Assembly: GCF_004010195.1 (NCBI RefSeq)
Contig: NC_057719.1
Coordinates: 69,356,421-69,376,420 of the forward strand
Source: Chiloscyllium plagiosum
Lineage: Eukaryota
Length of the DNA stretch: 20,000 nt
Reading direction: 5' to 3'
Of the stretch, positions 11,021-20,000 are shown one piece after another. A model generated the notes under the pieces. That model was not told the DNA's origin and made no database searches. It saw only the letters and a program-made list of their open reading frames with translations. Numbering within the stretch: position 1 is the stretch's first letter; the number at the start of each line of letters is the position of its first letter. The position numbers and the translations under genes were made by a program.

Positions 11021-12137
11021 AGGGGGTGGCAGGGGCAGGGTGATTAAGTGAGGTAGGTGAAGACAGGTAGAGAGTACGACCTGGGTGGTAAATAGGAGGA
11101 ATGAATCCTGTTAGTGCGAGGGAGGAGTGGAAGGGATGGAGAGTGGATGGGAAAGGCAGTTATTTGAAATTGAAGAACTCAAATGTAGAGTCCTTCAGGT
11201 TTAGGCTGCCCAGGCAGATGAGGTATTGTTCCTCCAATTTGCAGTGTAGTTTGTTGCAGCAGTGAAGGAGACCAAGGATGGTCATGTCGGAAAGGGAGTG
11301 GGAAGGGGAATTGAAATGGGTGGTGACTGGGAGGACTGGTCAGCCCCTGCGGGCCCGGCTCAGATGCTTGGTGAACCTTTCCCTAAGTTTACGTTCGGTC
11401 TCCCCGATGTAGAGAAGACTACATCGGGAGCACCTGGTGCTGCAAACAAGATTGGAAGAGAGAGGCAGTTGAACCTGTCTCACCTGAAAGGCCTTTTTGG
11501 GGCCCTGGATGGAGGGGGGGGGGGGGGTGGTGTACCAGCAGGACTCCCAATGTGGTCTTCTCCACATCGGGGAGACCAAATGTAAACTTAGGGAATGGTT
11601 AGTCACCACCCATTTCAATTCCCCTAACCACTCCATTTCCAACATGACCATCCTTGGCCTCCTCCACTGCCACAATGAACCACACCGCAAATTAGAGGAA
11701 CACCACCTTCCACCTGGGCAGCCTATAGCCAAATGGCACTAGATTAATTTAGGCTATCTGGTCTGCATGGACGAGTTGGACCAAAGGGTCTGTTTCCATG
11801 TTGTACATCCCTATGAATTAACATTGAGTTCTCCAATTTCAAATAATCTCCCTTTCCATCCCGTGACTCCCCAACCCCTCCCCTTCCCTTCTACTCCTCC
11901 CTGCCACCAACCAGATTCATTCCTCCCAGTGACCAACCAGGTCATACTCTCTACCTGTCTTCACCTATCCCCACTTCACCACTCTGCCGCCCCCCCCCGC
12001 CCCCCCCTATCTGCAGCTCCCCTCACTTCCACCCAGCTGTGAAGGGTTACACCCAAAAGGTTGACTTCTCCATCTCCTGATGCTGCCTAGCCTGTGGTGT
12101 TCTTCCAGCCTCGTGCCTGCATCTGCAGTTTTTTTTG
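11021..12137. mobile_element. Two Penelope-like GIY-YIG 3' fragments in inverted (diverging) orientation; second Penelope family
   Basis: The minus arm encodes SSNLVCSTRCSRCSLLYIGETERKLRERFTKHL and the plus arm encodes CGLLHIGETKCKLRE..HFNSPNHS..ILGLLHC. The arms are reverse-complementary, e.g. ggggaattgaaatgggtggtgact vs agtcaccacccatttcaattcccc. The plus arm ends in a degenerate hammerhead and a terminal repeat. Confidence 0.85.
11738..11816 (+). mobile_element. Very short CR1 3' tail inserted in the Penelope plus arm
   Basis: gcatggacgagttggaccaaagggtctgtttccatgttgtacatccctatga matches the tails at 9971-10023 and 19065-19115. Confidence 0.85.
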
Positions 12138-12879
12138 TCTCTATGAAAATCTGCAAGATATCCAAGGAGTACACTGCCTCTACTCCTCCATCTTACAGAA
12201 TGGCTTCACGGTTATATGCACTTTCAATCTAATTAAATTTTTTTTTATAATTAAACTGCCTCACCTTAAACTCAAAAAAATGATAAACCGTTTACCGTCT
12301 ATATTAGGCAACTGTGATCATGAACCCCCTAAAATCAACACTGTCCACCCCCACAAGCCCCTCCCATATTTTCTGTGTCCATCCCAAGAAAAAGCTCTTT
12401 CACTTACAAGGGCATTTTCACAATTTTTTCCATGGAGCCTTTGGTCTTCCATTCATTACATGATTTCTGCCAATAACAATTCACTCAACCACACATCAGC
12501 TCAGCTCTACCTTTGATGCTCTAGCTTATTTTCCTAAATGACTACTGCTGATACCTTGTAGTAGTTGCCACCTCCACCACTGTCATATTGACTAAGGTTG
12601 TTTGAATGAATTTGCTGTCTCTAATCCTCTTTTGCATCACGCCAATAATTAGCGATAGAAGATACACCACCACAAAGCACCTACAGAAGGGCACTTGTCT
12701 GAGTAATAAGGCAGCATGTTGTATAATAGCAATAAACAAAATGGCATGATTACTAGGAGCTTGGGGAGCTGGAATAGTGTATCTACTATATTCAAAAGCT
12801 CAAATCAAACTCATCTGCATCCACAGACTGTTTGAGGCATCAATAGAATAGGGAAGTATTGCAAGCTGAATATTAACTC

Positions 12880-13250
12880 CTTCAACAACATCCTCGTCTC
12901 CGTGAAACTTAAGCTCTCATCCTCACTCCTCCTGGTGTGGCATCTATCTTGATTCCCTCAAGTCTAAAGAGTGCAGAACAGCTATTGCAAATAACTGTTT
13001 GAACTATTTATGTCCTGATCTGGCTTGACCATAGAACATGTACGGTCTTGCTCTCGTCTGCCAAAACTGCTCACTATCCAAGGATCATCCTAGAAGGCAA
13101 ATAGAACCTCTAGCTTCTTTTCTGCACTGGAAAAGGGTTTCTTTAACAACCCACTTCCAGTCTCCTCCACCTACAAATGTAAGGAATTCATGAATATCTA
13201 TGTTATGAAGAACAAGGCCACTCAATCAGCAGCTTCTGCCACTTCCTGTG
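12880..13250 (+). mobile_element. Old L2 LINE ORF2 fragment (EN-RT tether region)
   Basis: Degenerate SLKSK..., IWLDH and LLSSAKTAHY.RIILE motifs recalled from fish and shark L2 ORF2. It is collinear with the upstream L2 pieces. Confidence 0.55.
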
Positions 13251-13502
13251 ACAATGGGAAGGTCTTCCGTCTTCAGCCTTCAACTGGTTTGCAGCTTTTG
13301 AACTAAATAAAAACACCATTCTCCTTCAACACCTCTCTGTGGCTGGAACTTCATTTGAATGCTTTCATTTTTGTCGAACAAGTCATTGGCACACAACTAC
13401 CTACATTGGCATCATTACGACTGATATCTTCAAAGGATTTAATTCTGCTCCCCTACCATTCCTTATCTGTAGTTATTTTAATCAAACTGTTCAGACACAT
13501 TC

Positions 13503-13713
13503 TGGGCTCAGTTAGTTCAATTGCAATGAAGAGTAATGTCAACAGCATAGGTTCAATTCTCAAACCAGCTGAACTTACCATGAAGGACTCTTCCTCTCAA
13601 CCTCTCCCTTCGCTTGATGCATGGTGATCTCCAAGTTTGACCACCACCAGTCAGCTCTATCATGACAGAGTAGCCCAATAATTCACTAAAACTATACAGT
13701 GACTTTATTTTTT
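13503..13713 (+). mobile_element. tRNA-derived SINE, decayed
   Basis: A-box-like tagttcaattg and B-box-like ggttcaattc, a body ccatgaaggactc..ctcaacctctccc, and a T-rich tail. Confidence 0.55.
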
Positions 13714-13944
13714 AATGATACTTCTGGGGCAGCTGGGATTTGAACCCAAGCCTCCTTGCACTACCACTGGACCACAAAAGCCTGTTTTTCATCATACATC
13801 GCCTTTGATGACATCATCCACAAACAACTTTCAAAAGTGCACTGACACCAGCATTTTTATTAACCCCTCTAAAATTGTCACACCACATTCTCATTTCCTG
13901 TTACCAAATGAGAAATCCCCTCCAACTAAATAGAGAAGGCCAAG

Positions 13945-14983
13945 TCATGGAGTCCTAGAGAGATGTACAGCATGGAAACAGACCCTTTGGTCCAACTCAT
14001 CCATGCCGACCAGATATCCTAAATTAATATAGTCCCATTGACCCATATCCCTCTAAATAATTCCTGTTCATGATGACCATCCAGATGACTTTTAGATATT
14101 GTCATTGTACCAGCCTTCATCACTTCCTCTGGCAGCTCATTCCATATACTCACCATGCCGTGCATGAAAAAGTTGCCCTTTTATATCTTTCCCCTCTCAC
14201 CCCAAACCACTGTCCTCTAGTTATGGACTCCCCCACCCCAGGGAAATGACCTTGTCTATTTACCCAGTCCATGCCTCCCATGATTTTATACACCTCTAAA
14301 GGTCAACACCTTAGCCTCTGACGCTCCAGGGAAAACAGCCCTAGACTATTCAACTTCTCCCTATAGCTCAAATCCTCCAACCCTGGCAACATCCTTGTAA
14401 ATCTTTTCTGTACCCTTTCAAGATTCACAACATCCTTCCGCTAGGAAGGAGACCAGAATTGCCCACGATATTCCAAAAGTGGCCTAACCAATGTCCTGTA
14501 CAGCTGCAACATGACCTCCCAACTCCTGTACTCAATGCTCTGACCAATAAAGGAAAGCATACCACTTCACTATCCTGTCTACCTGTGACTCCATGTTCAA
14601 GGAACTATGAACCTGCACTCCAAGGTCTCTTTATTCAGCAACACTTCCTAGGACCTTGCCATTAAGTGTATAAATCCTGCCCTGATTTCCCTTTCCAAAA
14701 TGCAGTACCTCACATTTACCTAAATTCAACTCCATCTGCCAATCCTCGGCCCACTGGCCCATCTGTTCAAGATTCCATGGTATTCTGAGGTAACCTTCTG
14801 CGCTGTCCACCACACCTCCAATTTTCATGTCATCTTACTAAGAATACCACCTATGTTCACATCCAAACCATTTATATAAATGATGGAAAGCAGTGGACCC
14901 AGCACCCATCCTTGTAGTACACCACTAGTCACAGGCCTCCAGTCTGAAAAACAACTCTCCACCACCACCCTCAGTCTTCTACC
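13945..14983 (-). mobile_element. CR1 LINE 3' ~1 kb, decayed
   Basis: Minus translations FSDWRPVTSGVLQGWVLGPLL and MGQWAEDWQMELNLGKCEVLHFG. The tail is the reverse complement of the CR1 tails at ~10020 and ~19110. Confidence 0.93.
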
Positions 14984-16125
14984 TAATTTTTTAATGTCCT
15001 TTTGACATTTTTTGTACAAAAAGGTGATAGCAGATAACTGAAAGCTCTTGAAAAAATTCAACTGATAATACTGATGTGCTTGATAAACCTGCTCAATCAT
15101 GCAGATACTTTATTCACACAGGACAAGAGACAATGAGTATCAGTATCAGTGTGCCACTGTAAAAGGCTCCAAAACAAATGTTGAATGCCGTTGAAGAATT
15201 CTCTTAAGACACAACATGGTCAGTTAAATAACAGTTAAAACCTTCAATGATTACATGTGCACCAATATTTTGTGTTTGATTAACTGAAAAACAAAGCAAT
15301 GTTATCAAAATGTTTTGGATAGCTGAAAAGCTGAAAATCTACTGCTGGAAGTAAAAGCAATCACTTGCTGAATAGTGAGATGAATCCTCACCATAACAGA
15401 GCAAGGCTCAGATGGTAAATACATCACATATCATGCAAATTACTGCATTTTTGATTCAATGCTCCAAAGAAAAAGAGCCACGATTTGATGCTACAAAACA
15501 TTTGAGATTCATTTAGCCTAACTGATTCTTCTGCCTTATAGAATTATTAATCAGTCCAACTGCAAGTGATACCTCTATCTTCAGTGTCACTCAGTTTGAA
15601 AAAGGCAGTCAACAGAAAATGCACATTTTAAAATCTGCTTAATGTAGCAATATTGTTGATTTAGTTTCTGGTCTATTTCTTTTGCAGTCTTGAGTGTTAT
15701 AACCGTTTTCTTTCTGCTCTGAACTCCACCATCCGGCTCTACAAAGTATGTTTAAACTCTTCTCCCAACTCTGGCCTGGCTTTGCTCAGACAATGTGGTA
15801 AAGATAGAAGAGTTCTGTTGTAAATTTAGTTTTTATAGAACAGATAAATTGAAACAATAGCAAATCCATTTCACTCCAGCTAACTGCCCAGCACTTGGCA
15901 GCGGATAGCATAACAGCTGTTCTCGAGGCCAGCTAACAATAAAAAAGGAGAATAACCAGGACTAAAGTTCTTTTGGTCTATCAACGGGAAACAAAAGCTA
16001 ATTAGTTATCATTCAATCTTCATACTGATAACAGTCAAATACCACTGTCAATATTGCTGCTTATATCAGGCATTCATCAAATCAAAACAGGCAGGGGTAA
16101 ATGAGCAGAAAGCTACATTTACCAT

Positions 16126-16412
16126 GATTAGATTAGATTAGATTCCCTACAGTGTGGAAACAGGCCCTTCGGCCCAACCAGTCCACACCGCCCCTCTGAA
16201 GAGTAACCCACCCAGACCCACTTCCTTCTAACTAATGCACCTAACTCGATGGACAATTTAGCATGGCCAATTCACCTGACCGGCACATCTTTGGACTGTG
16301 GGAAGAAACCAGAGCACCCAGAGGAAACCCACGCAGACACAGGGAGAATGTGCAAACTCCACACAGACAATCACCCGAGGCTGGAATCGAACCTGGGACC
16401 CTGGTGCTGTGA
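16126..16412 (-). mobile_element. HE1-like V-SINE with a CR1-derived tail and (TCTAA)n end; 5' end truncated
   Basis: B-box GGTTCGATTCC on the minus strand, V-domain tgtgtggagtttgcacattctccctgtgtctgcgtgggtttcctc, tail gggccgaagggcctgtttccacactgtaggga, and (gatta)n at 16126-16144. Confidence 0.9.
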
Positions 16413-17896
16413 TGTTAGATGTTACTTGATGGTCTCTCCATCTGAATGTTGCTCTGTTGCAGCGATGATTCATTTCATGGAGACACTAATTGAGTACTTT
16501 CATTTCCTGTCAATCACATCACAAGGAACAATGCTTCCCATTTAAAATTAAATTTCAATTTTGCCACAAAATAACTGGAATGCATAAAGGTCACTATATC
16601 TTGTACTTATTGTTTGGGTCACACAAACAAAATCAGAAGGTAAGCGTGCACTCCCTGCCTTAGAGAAAAATGGCCAAGAAGCTGTTCGCCTGTAGGAGGC
16701 ACATTTCACCACAAAAATGCAACCATCCTGTTTGCACGAACTAATAAGCAACAGGAATACACTACAGGAAACTGTTTTAAAGAAGGCATCAAGGTCATGG
16801 CCTGGGTAGCAATGTAACCTGCAAAAAATTCTGCAATTGTCCTTGCAACTATTTCATCTTAATATACAAATGTCAGTGAAGTGGCACCCAAGTTTGACTT
16901 ACAATGAGCAACGTGTATGAATTAAGAGGCAAAAAGGATTCTCTGATTTACTTTCACTTCAAAAATATCCATTTGCCAACTCTATCCACAGTACATTTTA
17001 AATTAGCAAACTGGCGGAAACCCTTCTTAAAAAAATTACTTACTGCTGCAACTGTATTTTTGAAGTTTGAAGCGTAAAACATGTGGGTGTGACTAAGGCA
17101 GAAAATTATTGGCAAAGTAACTCTCAGTAAGACTGTCTAAAGCTCACTTGTAAAAGTATGGGGTAATACATACAATGCAAAACACCACAGCTTTCAGATT
17201 TAAGTGACACAAGTTGAACACTAATAAGAATGATTGTAAACTTGAACATTTTTAAAAAAAATCAACCAAAAAAGATCCTCAAATGTTTCTAATGCCTGCG
17301 CTACCAAGTTGCGTAGCATTTCTTTAATCAGATCACAGGTTCAGATTTTCAAACTGGTTTCAATACTCCTGGAAGGAGGTTCAAAAGCTGCCAGGGTTGC
17401 TGCTTTTATTATTCATTAGTTTCTACAAGAAACAGTGTACATATCAAAGATGACTAGATCAATTGCAGCCCTGATGTTGTCCACAGTCATACATATTGCC
17501 AGCATTCGTTATTGAGACTAACACATGCTGAAAAAGTACTTTGCGACTGCAATATTGAACCCACAGCATAATAAGAATTGCAGCTTTCAAAAACAGAGGT
17601 TAAAAAGAATGAGAAAAGCCAGGGCAGAGGACAGAAAAGGGAATGAATTAAAAGTGTAAAAAGCTGCTCTTGGTACTTGAAATGGGCTTTCTTTAACAAT
17701 CATTTCTGCTTTCTCCAAACGGAGATCGGTTAAATTGGAATCAAAACTATGCAAGTTCATACCTTTCTATTATTGCGCTAATTTTTTAAATTAAGGAATC
17801 TAAAGTATAAATCAATATTTTTATTAGTTAAACTCCTGCAACTAGTGAATGGGTGTTGAGAATTTTGAAATGAGCTTTTCATAAGGGGAAACAAAA

Positions 17897-19120
17897 ACAT
17901 GTATTTGGAAAGGCAAGGACTGATAGTCAACATGGCTTTGTGCGTGGGAAATCATGTCTCACAAACTTGATAGAGTTTTTTGAAGACATAATAAAGAAGA
18001 TTGATGAGGACAGAGTGATCTATATGGTCTTTAGTAAAGCGTTCGAGAAGGATCCCATGGAGACTAGTTAGCAAGATTAGACCTCACGGAATACAGAGAG
18101 AACTAGCCATTTGGATACAGAACTGGCTCAAATGTAGAAGACAGAGGGTGATGGTGGAGGGTGGAGGGTTGTTTTCAGACTACAGGCCTGTGACCAGTGG
18201 AGTGCCACAAGGAACAGTGCTGGGTCCTCTACTTTTTGTCACTTACATAAATGATTTGGATGCGAGCATAAGAGGTACAATTAGTAAGTTTACAGATGAC
18301 ACCAAAATTGGAGGTGTAGTGGACAGCGAAAAGGGTGACCTCAGATTACAACAGGATCTGGACCAAATGGGCCAATGGGCTGAGATGTGGCAGATGGAGT
18401 TCAATACAGATAAATGGGAGGTGCTGCATTTTGGAAAAGCAAATCTTAGCAAGAATAACACACTTAATGGTAAGGTTCTAGGGGGTATTGCTGAACAAAG
18501 AGACCTTGGAGTATTGAGTACAGCAGTTGGGAGGTCATGTTGCGGCTGTACAGGACATTGGTTAGGCCACTGTTGGAATATTGTGTGCAATTCTAGTCTC
18601 CTTCCTATCAGAAAGATGTTGTGAAAGTTGAAAGGGTTCAGAAAGGATTCACAAGGATGTTGCCAAGTTTGGAGGATTTGAGCTATAGGGAGGGGTTGAA
18701 CAGGTTGGGGCTGTTTTCCCTGGAGCGTCGGAGGCGGAGGGGTGACCTTATAGGGGTTTACAAACTTATGAGGAGCATGGTTAGGGTAAATAGACAAGGT
18801 CTTTTCCCTGGGGTTGGGGAGTCCAGAACTAGAGGGCTTAGGTTTAGGGTGAGAGGGGAAAGATAATAAAAGCTACCTAAGGGGCAACCTTTTCACACAG
18901 AGGGTGGTACTAGTATGGAATGAGCTGCCAGGGGAAGTGGTAGAGGCTGGTATAATTGCAACATTTCAAAGGCATTTGGATGGGTATATGAATAGGAAGG
19001 GTTTGGAGGGATATATGCTGGGTGCTAGCAAGTGGGACTAGATTGGGTTGGGATATCTGATCGGTATGGACGGGTTGGACCAAAGGGTCTGTTTCCATGC
19101 TGTACATCTCTATGACTCTA
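17897..19120 (+). mobile_element. CR1 LINE RT to 3' tail, decayed, with an internal deletion near 18512
   Basis: SQHGFVRGKSCLTNLIEFFE, VTSGVPQGTVLGPLLFVTYINDLD, KFTDDTKIGG and LGLFSLERRR motifs, and a tail gtacatctctatgactcta. Confidence 0.95.
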
Positions 19121-19344
19121 AGTGATTGCACAGTCAAAACTAATTTCTAGTGAAGCAGGAGTAAAACATTCAAGTACAGAAATCTCAGAGCAGAATTGCT
19201 ATAACTGTGGTCATAAACAGCCTTTTTCCAAAAAAGTTGCATCTTCACACTTTTCTCTTGTTAGACCAATCTCTGGTCTTAAGGATAGTGCTGCAAATCA
19301 CCAGAAAGTACTCCATTAACATGCTGAAACTAGTTAAATTCAAT

Positions 19345-19672
19345 TTGTGTAGGATTTTTCCAGCTGGTAGATAGTTGGGGGTTTGAGAATCAGTACACAA
19401 AATCTTGGAATAAGAGTAGGCAATTTAGGATTGAGACCAGGTGAAATTTATTCACTCAAGATAACTAAAATTCTCTAGACCAATGCACTGTAGAAGTTGT
19501 TACTGAGTATATGCAAGATGAAGATCTATAGATTTCTATATACTAATGACATCAAAGGATGTGGGTGAAGCACAGGAAAAATCGCATGGACACAGATGAT
19601 TAGCCATGATTTCGAACAATGGGCAGAGGCCCATGGGGCAAGACAACTTATGCCTGCTCCCATGCTCCTATG
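19345..19672 (+). mobile_element. Old CR1 3' fragment
   Basis: Degenerate C-terminal region (tttaggattgag..ttcactcaaga) and 3' UTR (tagccatgat...cctgctcccatgctcctatg). Confidence 0.55.
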
Positions 19673-19709
19673 ACTGCATTCATCCCAAACTCCATGTATA
19701 AGCCTGCAA

Positions 19710-20000
19710 TTCATGGAATGCTTACAGGATGGCTTTTTGGAACAGCTTGTCATGGAGCCCACAAGAGAGCAGGCTATTCTGGACCTAGTGCTTTGCAATG
19801 AACCAGACTCTATAAAAGATCTTAAAGTAAGGGAACCCTTAGGAAGTAGCGACCATAATATGGTAGAGTTCAGTCTGGAGTTTGAAAGAGAGAAGGCAAA
19901 ATCGGATGTAATGGTGTTACAGTTGAATAAAGGTAATTATGAGGGCATGAGAGAGGAACTGACTAAAATAGACTGGAAGCAGAGACTAACCGGGAAGACA
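19710..20000 (+). mobile_element. CR1 LINE ORF2 endonuclease C-terminal part; open to the window edge
   Basis: Uninterrupted FMECLQDGFLEQLVMEPTREQAILDLVLCNEPDSIKDLKVREPLGSSDHNMVEF..., containing the APE-type PTR, LDLV and SDH motifs. Confidence 0.92.

Noticed and set aside
12094..12516. 140-aa plus-strand ORF
   Set aside because: It has a non-ATG start and low-complexity composition, and it spans a Penelope tail and probable decayed L2 sequence. No recognisable domain.
13725..13785. tRNA-like B-box (GGTTCAAATCCC) on the minus strand
   Set aside because: No cloverleaf can be built. It is most likely a SINE head remnant, not a tRNA gene.
15690..15815. Possible minus-strand exon after an acceptor-like ttacaacAG
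   Set aside because: All three frames hit stops, and there is no convincing donor or protein similarity.
18243..18797. 184-aa minus-strand ORF (also 268-720 and 9785-10252)
   Set aside because: These are antisense frames of CR1 or Penelope coding sequence, a common source of spurious predicted proteins.
3316..20000. Search for the upstream STXBP6 exon (DSAEFDLLFENAFDQW...)
   Set aside because: No matching minus-strand codons were found by eye, so it probably lies beyond the window. The last coding exon (LAMKHKC) was also not found in 1-3157.

Overview
This is eukaryotic, repeat-dense intronic DNA. The repeat repertoire (CR1 LINEs, HE1/V-SINE, Deu-domain SINE, Penelope-like elements) points to a cartilaginous fish, probably a shark (inference). 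The only host-gene sequence I can support is one 158-nt minus-strand coding exon of STXBP6 (amisyn) at 3158-3315. It encodes most of the R-SNARE motif and has canonical AG/GT splice sites, and the neighbouring coding exons were not found in the window. The rest is mostly decayed retroelements: about eight CR1 fragments, an old L2 LINE broken into pieces, a near-complete Penelope-like element (RT + GIY-YIG), an inverted pair of GIY-YIG Penelope 3' ends, and several SINEs. The most notable structures are (i) a 185-bp foldback insertion with a 13-bp target-site duplication and a hammerhead-ribozyme core in its loop, (ii) three more degenerate hammerhead motifs, all antisense to STXBP6, (iii) a multi-level nest of L2, Penelope and CR1, and (iv) an unexplained ~170-bp sequence present once in each intron flanking the exon. 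I see no evidence for a wholly new biological system. Most ORFs in the track are retroelement fragments or chance ORFs. Repeat family calls come from recalled motifs, not from database searches.
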